The translations under genes and the position numbers were made by a program. The notes under the pieces were generated by a model. That model saw nothing but the letters and a program-made list of their open reading frames with translations. It was not told the origin of the DNA and ran no database searches. From Azolla caroliniana (Eukaryota > Plantae > Polypodiophyta), in contig JBHGNT010000016.1 of the NCBI GenBank assembly GCA_043228905.1, positions 19,142,937-19,206,936 of the forward strand: 64,000 bases of DNA. Direction: 5' to 3'. Below are positions 25,054-37,373 of this stretch, piece after piece. The number at the start of each line of letters is the position of its first letter. The first letter of the stretch is position 1.

Positions 25054-25935
25054 CTCCTTGCCACCCGTCTTCACGTCGGGTTCACCAACTGTGTCGTGCC
25101 TTTCGGCTCCGGATCGTTGCGTGAGTCGGGTGGGAACCACAGAGGTCTTGGACTAGGAGAAAGAAGTTCGTGAGATAGAGATTAATTATGAGTAAATAGC
25201 AAAGAGAAAGATAAGAAACTCGTGAATCACACGAGTATACTATATTAATTGGTACTTAGGGTGTTAAGAGAGAAGTAGATGTATAAATCGTGAATCCCAC
25301 GAATAATTTTTGTATTCATTAATACTTAATCCAAATAATCAACAACCTTTTACATATTTCTCTCCTCCTTATATAAGGAAGGAAGAGCTAAGCATGGCTT
25401 CATGCTTTTTTATTTTTACAAAAAGTGTTCATGTCCACTAAATGTGCATGTGATGCTTTTTTTTTTCCTAAGTATAGGGCTCATGCACGCTAGATGTGCA
25501 TGAGTTATTTTTAGTGTCTCGTGTTTTTTTTCTTTTTCATATATTAAAAAATACACGATTTACCTTTTAATAAAGGTATGCATAAATAAAGGTCTTATAC
25601 GTATTAAATCTATATTTAAAACACTTAAGATAAGTTAATGTAATGGTAAGGTTGGGGTTTGTCAACGTGGAGGTGTAGAGTTCGAATCACACCCTGCGCA
25701 GTAGTGAGTATTTCCTTCTTTTTTTTATATTTATGTCTCTTTATCCGGCTCTTCCTTGCCGGTATGCCGTTTTCTTCCTTTCCGGTATGCCGTTTTCCTC
25801 CTTGCCGGTATGCCGTTTTCCTCCTTGCCGGTATGCCGGTATGCCGTTTTCTTCCGGTTCTCACCGAGCACTCCATTCTCTATCCGGAGGGACAAAAATA
25901 TAATTTCCACATAGTGCGCAACCTACACTACGACA

Positions 25936-27494
25936 ACGCTCCGGAATCGACCATTCAGGTCATCTCGTCGCTGGCAAGGTTTAGCTCACTCTCCTCGGTG
26001 ATGAGCATCAACTCTTCTTCACTTCTCCCGATTGTCGTCGTTCCCTTCCGGTCCGGCCCCCTCAGGTCTTTACCGTTCTGGTCCGGTGTCTGCTTCGAAT
26101 CGGTACCATCGGCTTCCTTGTCTTTTCGGAAATGCCGACAGTTCTTCTGGAAGTGTCCCAGCTTGCCGCAATAGAAGCAAGTAGGCCTCCCCCTTGACTT
26201 TGACCGTGTCCCCAACTTTTCCCAGTTCTGGGGACTAAGGTTCCTTTGTCTTCCGCGTTCCGATTCGGTAGTGAGCGCTTTGGAGTCGGAGCTCGTATCC
26301 TTATCTTTCCGACACGCCTCCCCATCTAGCAAGCTCGACTTCACTCTTGCTAGGGATAACCGTTTCCCTTCCGGCCCGGTGTTGCCCAAAGTGACAACCA
26401 ACGTCTCCCAGCTATCCGGGAGGGAACTGAGCAGGAGTAGTGCTAGTACCTCATCGGCGAGAGGTACTTCCAATGAAGTTTCCTGGTGTATCAACCCCTG
26501 GCTGGAGCCATCTTGGTATCAAAATCTTACTAGGTTCCGGATTACCGAAACCTGGTTAACAACATTTTTGTTCTGAAACATAATGTCGATCTTCTCCCAG
26601 AGTTCATGAGCCTTGCTCTCTTCATTGAAGTTGTTATATAGGTTCATGTCAATGAAGCACTGTATGTACGTCGTTGTCTTCATGTGCATGACCTCCCATA
26701 TCGTGGCATCGATTTTGTCCGGTCTCTTGTCCCCGAATTGAACCGACAACCAAAGATCTTTAACCATGAGCATATCCCTCATCTTCGACTTCCATACTGA
26801 ATAGTTGGAGCCGGTGAGCTTGAACATGCCGCCTAATGATTCGTCCATTTTCTGTGTCGTTTCACTCTAATACCACTTTGATAGGAACTACATGCTCCGA
26901 TGAACAACGCTCAGCCACAACCAAGCTTAGAATCAAACACAAAAAATGGGAATGAATGCACGACACAATGGAGAGAAGAGTACACAGGATGTTTACATGG
27001 AAAACCCCAAACATGGGGAAAAAACCACGGCAGTCCACTGATTGCTAACTATCACTATGTAACAATATACAATAGATGAACACAGAGGCAACGACCTCTT
27101 GTTCACTGTCTTCGCCACAGGCGGCGGTTACAACAGAGGCAACGACCTCTTCCTCTCTCACACTCTCTTTCTGTACACAGTTACGCGCTCTAATCTTGCA
27201 CCAACAAGAATGACAACAACAACCATTAAGTTTGCCCTAAGTCATATTTATACTAAAATGACTTTTCGGCTATTTACAAATATAGCCCCAATGGACTCTC
27301 AGAAACATATTTACGAATATGTCCCTTCATCCGGTGAGCACTCCTCATCGAGCCTGCATCATCCGGCGCTTGTCGGGTACTCCTCATCCGGTTCTCACCG
27401 GGTCTTCACCATCCAGCTCTTATCGGGTCTTCCATAGCCGAGTACTCCACATCCGGTTTCTCACTTCACATCCGAAGGGACCTGTTTCCTAACA
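25936..27494 (-). mobile_element. 5' part of Tork-like copia B: LTR 26879-27494, PBS 26864-26875, gag to the protease VDSGA
   Basis: MDESLGGMFKLTGSNYSVWKSKM, CFYCGKLGHFQKNC; LTR matches 51043-51738; TSD TATGG on both outer ends. Confidence 0.93.
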
Positions 27495-30400
27495 CCATAT
27501 GCGTTGATATGTACGCAGCCAACCTCTAACAGGAACTTGGCAACCTCACAAAAGAAGGGATCCGGGATCTGCTTCGTTCTATAGGCCTTGGCGGAGGAGG
27601 AATAGGGCCCGAAATATGCTGCAGCGCCTCTGCAAGAGGTATTTCGAAATGCCTTTCACCTAGAGATGACAAGTCCAAATTTTTCTGAATGGAAGAGTTG
27701 GTGACCGTGTCGATGTTAAGCTTCCTGGCGATGTCCATGGCATCCGGGTGTGGGGGTGCCTCTGCGACCCGGATGTACCCATCTAGGCGTTTCTCCACGA
27801 GCCATCGGCGTAAGGCAGTAGAGATGAAGATCGGCATCGCCAGAGTAGGTTCATGGGAAGGAGACGGGTGGGCTGGAGCTCTGTGATAGGATGGAGGAGA
27901 AGGTGAGGGGGAGGAGCGATGGAAGCGTTGATAGCTAGAAGGTGGGTTTCTGTTTTGTGCAGAAGATCTTCTATTTCCTTCTTTTTCTGGCTTAGGGTTC
28001 ATTGGGCAGTGAGCCATCGTGGTGCCGCGTGTTCTTGAACTAGGAGTCTGTGCATGCATTTAGTCCTTTTAATACTGTCACTATCTTCTCTTTTTTTTCT
28101 TTTTTTCTTTTTTTTCTTTTTATCTTTTTTTCCTAACGGTTATATACAGCCTATTTTTACATTATGGTACAAGTGGGGCCGTCCATTTACACCGCGGGTT
28201 CTCCAGCTCTGTCCTGTTTGGCGGTGAATGGGTTAGGTGGCGTAGAGCCCAGGTAAGGTTTAAGGCAAAACCCATTCACCTTTTGCCATACTACTTCCCC
28301 GGCCAGCGTACCTAGTTGGAACGTGCCTTGTTTTGCTCCAATTATCCAGTATGAGCCGGTCCAGCGGAATCGTAACTTCCCTGGCATATGGCCTATGCGG
28401 GTTTGGAAAACCAACACCGCTCGACCGACAGCGAACTCCTTTTCCCTTGCGTTCTAATGTCGATCCACAAACGCTTTACACCGTCATTGTTCCTACTCCA
28501 ACACAACCATGATGTGTACACGTTGTTCCCCAAGTTCGAGTAGTTGGTGGAGCCATACCTCCTCCGACTTGGCTTCCGAAAGTCAGTCCCGTATTTGAAT
28601 CCGCAAACTGGGTATCTGAAATTCGACTGGCATTACAACCTCCAACCCAAACGTTAGTCGAAACGGTGTGGACTGTATGCTTGTTTTGTAGCTGGTTCTG
28701 TACGCCCATAACGCACTCTGTAATTTGGTATCCCAGTCCGTTCTATTTTCATTGACGATTTTCTTCAAGATGGTCTGCAACGTCTTGTTGGTGGATTCCG
28801 CTAACCCATTCGCCTATGGATAATACGGCGTACTCTTCTTGTGGACTACAGCGTAATGATGTGTTAGTTCCCGAACCACCGTATTGAGAAAGTGACTCCC
28901 TTGGTCACTGATGAGCTCAATCAGACAGCCGAACCGGCACCATATGTGCTTGTAAAGGAATCTGGCTGTGACAGCCGCCGTATTTTCTCGTAGTGCCTTT
29001 GCTTCTACCCACTTGGTGCAATAATCCGTAGCTACCAATATGTATTTATTGCCCGTACGGGCTGCCACCGGTGTGAAGGGTCCCACAAAATCCAATCCCC
29101 ACTTTTGGAAGGGGTCTAGCGGTAATACAGGCTGGTGTGGCATCCTTGCGCCCTCCGTGGGCTGGCCCATCCGTTGACACAAATCACATTTTCTACAAAA
29201 CTCGGATGCGTCCTTCTACGTTGTTGGCCACCATAAGCCCACCTGCCATATTTTTCGGGCCATAACGTCGCCCGCGTAATGGCCACCTGTCGTGCTGCAG
29301 TGCACCTCCCGTAAAACTACTTCTTTCTCATCCTGTCGTACCCCCCGTCGTCAGATGCCGTCACTTCCTTTGTGATATAAAACTCCTTCTACGAGGTAGA
29401 AGTTAGGGCTTCGGACGACTAGTCGTTTCTTCTCGTCCGTGCGTAATTGTGGTGGAGGCAGTCCCGTAGTCAAAAAGTATGTCCTTTCCATAAGCCACCA
29501 GTCCAGAAAGGTCGATTCCGTTCTGTTTGCAAGTGTTGCTACCCGTAGGATGTCGGCGTCTGGAAAATCGTCGTCATCTTTCTGTACTGTTTCTCCATTC
29601 TCGAGTCTGCTCAAAAAATCTGCCACTGCGTGTTGCGTCCCTGGTCGGTGCTTGATTACGAAATCGAATTCTTGGAGCTACAACATCCATCGCGCCAATT
29701 TCCCCATCAGGGCTTGTTTCTCCTCCAAATACAACAGCGCGGAATGATCCACGTGGAACGTGAAATTCCTCCCTAGTAAATAGTGCCGGAATTTGTTGAT
29801 GTTATAGATCATCCCTAGCATATCCCATTCCGTTGTGGAATAATTACGCTCTACTGTTGACAATTTGCGACTAGCGTAGTACACTGGTTAGTACCAGTTT
29901 GGTTCGGTGAGCTACATTAGTGCACTCCCTATTGCTATGTCCGAGGCGTCGACGAACACGTGGAATGGCTTCGCCCCAACTGGTGGTTGTACGATAGGGG
30001 CCTGTGTGAGCATTATCTTAAGTGCTTTATAGGCCTTGTCCTCCGTTGCGGTCCATTGGAAGGGAGTCCAATGTACGGCAGCATGTAACGGTGTGGTGAA
30101 GTCCGCCAAATATCGTATCATCCGACTATGCCACCGTATTTGTCCTAAAAACCGGCCAAGTGATTTCGCATTTGTTGGAGTTTTGGCTTGCGTAATCACA
30201 GAGATCTTGTTCGGATCGACCGTTATTCCCTCCTAGTGGACTATATGGCCGAGGAGAGTCCCGTTGGTCACACCAAAAGCACATTTCGTGGGATTCAAGC
30301 TTAAGCGTGCGGTGTGGCAACGTTCCAGGCACAGTTGCAGGTGCATAAAATGGTCTATTGTTCTCCCATATACTGCAAAGTCGTCTAAAAAAACTTGCAT

Positions 30401-32808
30401 GAACGTTGGAATGTATTCCCCAAGATCTCCGTAATTGTCCGTTGAAATGTTGCAGGAGCCATCTTTAGCCCGAACATCATGACGACTGCCACATAGATTC
30501 CCCAATCCGTGACAAATGTCGTCTTTTCCTGGTCCTTGGGATGCATGCGTACCTAGTTATACCCATTGAAGACATCTAAAAAACTGTACATCTCATGTCC
30601 TGCGACGGCGTCCAGTACGCTATCGGTGAAGGGTAAAGGGAATGCGTCTGTAATGGTTACGGCGTTTAATTTTCAGTAATCCACGCATACCCGTATTTTG
30701 CCCTTTTCCTTTGGAACGACCACTATCGGGCTTAACCATGTGGCTTGTTTAACTAGCCGTATGAACCCCGCCTTCAGGAGTGTCAATTTCCTCTTTTACG
30801 CGGGCCGCGTAGTTCGGGTTCATGTGGTAGTGGCGCTGCTAGATGGGTTTTGCGTCGGTTGCTAAATTGATCTTATGCTGATAGAACTTGGGATCTAACC
30901 CCTTCATGTTCTCGTGAGCCCAAGCGAACACATCTTTATATTTCTTGAGTAGTGCGATCATCGTGTTTCTCTGGTCTAGCCTTAATTCCTTTGCAATAGA
31001 GAGAAAACAGGGTTCCGACTCCGTACCCACATTTACTTCTTCCAGGGTGGAAGCGGTGACTCGTCGTGAAATTTCCATTTCCTTTTCAAATGCCGCCTAT
31101 GCTTTGCTAAGTTCCAATATGGACTCTGGGTTTGGTTCGTAAGCCTCATCGTGGAGAATAGTGGTCGTGGCATATTCTGCCGCAGTTGCGATGACGTCGA
31201 TTTCAAACAGCGGAATGATCTGTGGGTGCTCATCTAGGTATGCTTCTAATTCTGCATCCTCTACCCTAGCCATCATATTTATATCTTCTGCGTATAATGG
31301 TGCTATACCCTTGGGTTGTGGCGTACTTCCTTCTGGAGGTACGCGAACCTTGGTGCGTCCGTGTCGGAAACTGATACATTTGTGTTGCTAGCTCTGCTTG
31401 ATATTTGCTGCACGAAGCCATGGTCTGCCCAGAAGCACTGGGTACGCCCTTGGGGCGTCCAAGGCGAGGACGATCGCCGAGATGTCGAAGCGATGTCCGC
31501 CCACGATAATGCCTATCTTGCGAATTAACCCTAATGGTCGTACTGAGCGGGTATCTGCAATTCGGAGCCAGAATGGGCAAGCCTCCCATTCTAAAATGCT
31601 TGACTGCTCGCAAGTTTTCGCGCTAATTACATTGACACCTGAGCCGCCATCGATTACGCATCCAGGAATTTCCTGTCTGTGTAATATTAATGTAATAGCT
31701 AGGTTGTGCTAATCCACTACCGGCGGTCCGTCGCTAACGTCTGTAAGGTTTGTAGCGACGCTCACCCCGGGTATGCCCGTCACCCGTTCTTCCATGGTCT
31801 GGCGGAAGCGTGGGACTAGCTGCAGCAGCTTCTCCATGGTTAACATTATCTCGCAGCCCGCTAATGCCTGCCAAATGGGGTCCGGGACCGGTCCTTCGTC
31901 CTCTGGTCGCTCCCTCGCATTCGCGGGCTCCTAGTATTGGTCGTGTTTGCTTTTTCCACCCATGCCTGGGCTTGTCGTCGTATCTCATCTTGCGCAACCC
32001 AATCAGCCATTTTTGTTTGCTGGCGTGTCGTGACTTGCTGCACTTCCGTCGTAATCGTATTGACGGCGGGCCCCCCTTGCCTTTCCGTGCTAGGCATTGC
32101 GTGGCATAATGTCTAGGTTGCTGACAAATAAAACAATGGATTCTTGATTCACCCTTCTCGTCTCCTGGTGGTGTGTGCCGCTCCCCTAGTGCGACTTGCT
32201 CCTCGCGGTCCGGCCTCGTTTGTCGGAACGCACACGGTGGTTGCTGTTGGTCCCGTCATTGTTCCAGGTGCCGCTCATCTACCGAGCTTTCGTCTTAACG
32301 CTGGTGATCTCGATATTGCCGCGGCTTACCATGATAACCATTGAAGCCGCCCCATTTGGTTGTCGGCCGGTGATTCTCGTAGCGCCGGGCCCCTTTAGCA
32401 TTACTCGGATGTCCACGATAATCCTCGTCCTCTAGTTCGTCTTCCTCGGAATCGTTGTGATTTCGGCGATTCCGGCGGTGTTGGTCGTCCCGTGGGTTGC
32501 AATCCATATACCGTGGATGGTCTTCTTGCCTCCTTTGTTCAGTCTAGCGTGGTGGACGTTGGGTGTCCATGCTGCGGACTGCGGGAGCAGCTCTGTTCAA
32601 CATATTGTATTCGCATTGTTCGACTGTGTGAGCCTTTGAGTGGCAGATTGGGCAGTGGATTCGCATATTGCACTCCACTACGGAATGCCCCGAGTTCAAG
32701 CAAATCGTGCACTGGATTGCCTGACGAAACTGGCTTTCCTCGTCCTGGGGTAACGCTTGTCGTAAGGAGGACATAGAAAACCTTTCCTCCTCCTCGTCCA
32801 ACTCGAGC
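27495..32808 (-). mobile_element. Athila/Tat-like gypsy Z, 5'-truncated: gag, PR, RT, RH, IN and start of an extra ORF
   Basis: Gag zinc knuckles near 32600-32710, VIDGGSGVNVI protease, FLDDFAVYG RT, VFVDASDIAIG RH, FQKWGLDFVGPF..DYCTKWVEA integrase; many stops. Confidence 0.9.
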
Positions 32809-32809
32809 T

Positions 32810-33916
32810 ATAACATGAAAAAGGGAAAGAGACTTCTTTTTCATGAGGATAATAGGGAACACCCATCTGAGGAAGTTAGTCAAAAGAAGATGGTTGCAGA
32901 AACTGGTGGGGAGGACCTTCCTGATTGTGATTCGACGAACAACGAGTGGTGCATGCAGTATGTCGACTAGAAAAAGAAGGTTGTGTTGTATACCACTAAA
33001 AAGAAGGGGGACGGTCAACTTGATAAAGAGAGACCCTTTATGTACATGGCCATATCTTATGCCTTGACTACGAAGACCATGAATCCCTCAATCTTATTGT
33101 AATGGTGGACTGCTCGAAGGGAGTCCATAAAATGTTCCTCTCTGAAGATCAGCTTGTTAAGGATTCTTGTGGTCCCGAATCTTTTAAACTCGCCATCGAG
33201 ACTTCACAAAATCTGATAATAACATTAAGACCATATGTACAAGGCCACGTAACTCTAAGGGATGCCTCACCATCCCCGGTAAAGGCCCCCAAAAAGGTCT
33301 CAAAGGTGCAATCGAGACCGGCAAAGAAAAAGATGACAAAGATGTCAGCCTCTGAATCGTCAAGCTCAAGTGATGATGAGGAAACTCGGGCGATGCCAGG
33401 TGCTGAGCTAGCATCCGGTGTTTTGTCTTCTAAGCCAAAATAAGATTTGAAGAGAGTGAATGCAAAAGAAATTGGTGACAAAAGGTCAAGTCTTCAATTT
33501 GCCTATACCAAACATTCATAGGCCACCAGTAGATGTTAATACAGGAAACAGACCACTTGAGATTAGAGAGCCACATTGAATGCAAGTTCAAAATCTCAAG
33601 AAGAAAATGAGAATAAATCCACGTGCGACAATTGTACCCTTTATCGTAATGGTGGATCCTGACGATTGTTCCACAATTGAGTGTTTTAATGTGAGAAAGC
33701 ACGATCAATACAATTACTTTGTAATTGTTGGATCACATTCGGTTGCAGCACGACGACAACTTGTAAGATAGCATCCAACCACTTTCTTCTTCAAGTATGT
33801 TGAGTGCAAAATATATGTGGGCCTCACAATTGAAGAGGCAAAACTCTAGGCATGGGACCACAACAATGATAATGACTACCAGCAAAAAATGTCATCCATC
33901 GATCAGATAAGGTTCT
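32810..33916 (+). pseudogene. Decayed ORF with a ParB/Sulfiredoxin-like domain (33481-33916), cut by an LTR at 33917
   Basis: Frame from 33481 reads VFNLPIPNIHRPP..LEIREPH*MQVQNLKKKM..VPFIVMVD..YFVIVGSHSVAARRQL..VECKIYVGLTIEEAKLLAWDHNNDNDYQQKMSSIDQIRF. Confidence 0.7.
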
Positions 33917-34852
33917 TGTTGAGAATCAAGCTCAACATAGCACAATGTGTGAACACACCTTTTGAGAATCTATTATTACTCAAAGTTCAAGTGTCACACC
34001 ACTACTCTCTACACATTAACTATGTGTCATAGAATCATATTCTATGACACATAACTAGAGAGTTACATATTCCCCATGACTATGAGTCTTCACATTCCCC
34101 AAGAGAGAGAGTGGTTGTTGTAAGTTAATGAAGAGAGAGGGTGACTCTATATAAAGCACCCTCCTCATACTTCATACGAAGTCAGTTGTGACTCCTTGTA
34201 ATGCTACATTTTCATTTATTATATTCTCCTTGTTAATATACATCTCCTTCTTCTTGAGTACTTCATTTTGTCTCTTATCCATCTTGTGTTTCTCTCCTCT
34301 CCTCTTTCCTCTCACACATACACATAACACACATCTCTTCCTCTACACAAGAATCACCATTTATTCTTTACATGGTATCAGAGCAATTTGGTAGCTCAAT
34401 CTAGCCCACTCGCCTCATCGTGATCGTGTGTTGTGCTCTACGCCAAAGTTCAAGAAGAACCGGCTCATCGCTATCGTATTGTGACTACATAGCTCATGTT
34501 CGAGAGAGAAGGAAAACAAAAGAAGGAAGAAATCTACATCGACAATGAATACTCAAATGAGGAGCGCTCTCCCTAGCGAGAAGTTAGATCGCAACAACTT
34601 TGCTTCTTGGGAGTACAAGATGCACCAATACCTTGTCGGCCAAGGCTATTGGAGCTACATCAAAGGAGCACAAGAAAATCGGCCCAACCCGGAAGACGCC
34701 GACTATGCAACGTGGGAGCAAGCGGCAAGCCAAGTGATGTATTGTTTGGCGACATGCGTTCACGATCACATACTCGGGTACATTCAAGAAGCCAAGACGC
34801 CGAAGGAAGCATGGGAGAATCTACGAAAGATTTTCGCCGCCAACACTACCGC
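33917..34852 (+). mobile_element. 5' part of Bryco-like element D: LTR 33917-34372, PBS 34373-34384, gag 34545-34852
   Basis: TGTTGAG...TTTACA then TGGTATCAGAGC; gag ends IFAANTTA and continues as RKLQL at 18643 on the minus strand. Confidence 0.93.
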
Positions 34853-35670
34853 TGTCGTAGTGTAGGTTGCACACTATGTGGAAATTATATTTTTGTCCCT
34901 CCGGATAGAGAATGGAGTGCTCGGTAAGAATCGGAAGAAAACGGCATACCGGCAAGGAAGAAAACGGCATACCGGCAAGGAAGAGTCGGATAAAGAGACA
35001 TAAATGTAAAAAAGAAGGAAATACTCACTACTGCGCAGGGCGTGATTCGAACTCTGCACCTCCACGTTGACAAACCCCAACCTTACCATTACATTAACTT
35101 ATCTTAAGTGTTTTAAATATAGATTTAATACGTATAAGACCTTTATTTATGCATACCTTTATTAAAAGGTAAATCGTGTATTTTTTTTATATGAAAAACA
35201 CGAGACACTAAAAATAACTCATGCACATCTAGCGTGCATGAGCCCTATACTTAGGAAATAAAAAAGCATCACATGCACATTTAGTGGACATGAACACTTT
35301 TGTAAAAAAAAAAAAAAAGCATGAAGCCATGCTTAGCTCTTCCTTCCTTATATAAGGAGGAGAGAAATATGTAAAGGGTTGTTGATTATTTGGATTAAGT
35401 ATTAATCAATAAAAAATTTATTCGTGGGATTCACGATTTATACATCTACTTCTCTCTTAACACCCTAAGTACCAATTAATATAGTATACTCGTGTGATTC
35501 ACGAGTTTCTTATCTTTCTCTTTGCTATTTACTCATAATTAATCTCTATCTCACGAACTTCTTTCTCCTAGTCCAAGACCTCTGTGGTTCCCACCCGACT
35601 CACGCAACGATCCGGAGCCGAAAGGCACGACACAGTTGGTGAACCCGACGTGAAGACGGGTGGCAAGGAG

Positions 35671-37319
35671 ATGGAGGCTCAACATTCGAAAGTCGGTTCG
35701 GGAGGTTGTCCGCGAGAGATCAAACTATTCTTGCACCGGACAAAGTCATCATGTTTTTGCGAGCTGTGGACGTCCGGGACCGGAAAGATCTCGGAGTGCT
35801 TCTTGAGGACACGACCACCGAAAGCGGCCTCACCGAAACATGGGAAAGCGTGCGGGATATCGTCGCGCGGTACACGAAGAGGGGGCAATGGCTTGCCAAC
35901 GAAGAAAAGAGGGTTTCGGAACTGATTCCGAAACCGAGAACGGGACTGGAAGACCATCAACCGAGGGCTCGGGAGATTACGGCCGAGAAGGGAGTCGACG
36001 CGTCTACGGTGGAGCAGCTGCTGAAGGAGATGGAGAATCTAAAGATCGCGATGGTGAAGAAGTCGGATGACCGCCCCACAAGCTCCAAATATACGGATCG
36101 ACGGTGCATATGGTGCGATAGCGCCGAACACGATCGGAGGGATTGCGACGACCATAAGGAGGCGCTACGACGGGATCTCATCTACTACGAGGGAAACCGG
36201 ATTCATTCGATGGACTCTCGGAAGCCACTCCGACCGAACTTCCGGAAAGGCGGCATGAAGAAGGTGCTCGAGGAGGAGTTAGCGGCAAGAAGCAACAATG
36301 CGACAACCGCGGGAATATGTGTCGGGGAGTCAACGGGAGCGAAGGCGTCTTTCTGGCCGGAGGTGCTAGGAAACACCGAGAAAACCGACTCCAACGATAT
36401 CCGAAACACCGCGGAAGGCGTCCGGGAAGCTACGGGATGGGAGTGCCCTGTCGACAAGAATAGCATATACGCCCTGTGTCAATTACATGAGGTGTATGTG
36501 GACGAGAAACGACGGCGCACGGAGGATGCGGCCGGACCATCGAAGATACCGGAAAGCTGGAACTCCGGAGGTAAGGGAAAAGAAAAGGCGACTCCGGCAT
36601 TCAAGCTCGCCTCGGACATAGAACAACAAACCAACTTGAAAAGAGTGTTCGAGGAAAGAATCTTGGATAGCCGGGTAGATTTTTCGCTGCGGGAACTACT
36701 CGGAATAGCGAAGAAGGAGTTTCACGATCTTCTCGTGGATCTCGTGAAAAGGAAGAGACAAAGTACGGAGGAAAATGCTCCAAGGGTGAATGCAAATACC
36801 GTTTCAATGAACGACACCGAAGTGGAAGGCGAAATTCCGAACTCCCACTATACAAGGCCACACTGGGCACGTGCGACTACGGAGACTCCGGTCCGAATCG
36901 GCAACATCAAAGAACCTGTGCTAGCATTGATTGATCACGGATCGGAGATCAACTTGATGTCCAAGGAGTTCTACCGAAAGGGGAAGTGGCCTATAAACAC
37001 CAACCATGGATGGAAGATTCGGGCAGCCACGAAAACGACAGAAGACCTATTTGCGGCTTGTCCGGATGTGATGGTAAAGATCGGGGATGTCGAAATTGAC
37101 CAAAATTTCTTTGTGCAGGATGAGGTTTCACATTCTGTCATCCTCGGCCAACCCTTTATCACGGCTTCACGGATGGAGACGAAGGTGCTCGATAGTGGTG
37201 CGGCTTTTGCGCGAATTCGGAGCCAAAACGGAGGGAAATCCGTCCAATTCCTAACGGTGCCGGCAAATCACGAAAGGAACAAGAGGGAACTCTTGTCCCA
37301 AGTGAGAATGGATTTTTAA
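35671..37319 (+). pseudogene. gag: Gag-protease of Y with a 391-bp frameshifting deletion at ~35683
   Basis: Aligns to X gag; junction GCTCAACA|TTCGAAAG has ACA microhomology. Confidence 0.9.
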
Positions 37320-37373
37320 AGCGGACTGTTGCGGAGTGGGGAAGTGATAGTCCGAGAAGCCCTGATACCCCAC
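37310..37373 (+). promoter_or_regulatory. Putative -1 ribosomal frameshift signal (slippery heptamer plus pseudoknot); same in X at 22960-23023
   Basis: G_GAT_TTT before the gag TAA; stem 37322-37330/37346-37354; loop GTGGGG pairs with CCCCAC 37368-37373. Confidence 0.65.

Larger units (their letters stand above)
18644..25935 (-). mobile_element. Full-length Ty3/gypsy copy X (tRNA-Trp PBS, no chromodomain; Phygy/Selgy-like)
   Basis: LTRs 25092-25935 and 18644-19424 (TGTCG...CGACA), PBS TGGTGAACCCGACGTGA 25071-25087, PPT next to 19424, both ORFs open. Confidence 0.97.
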
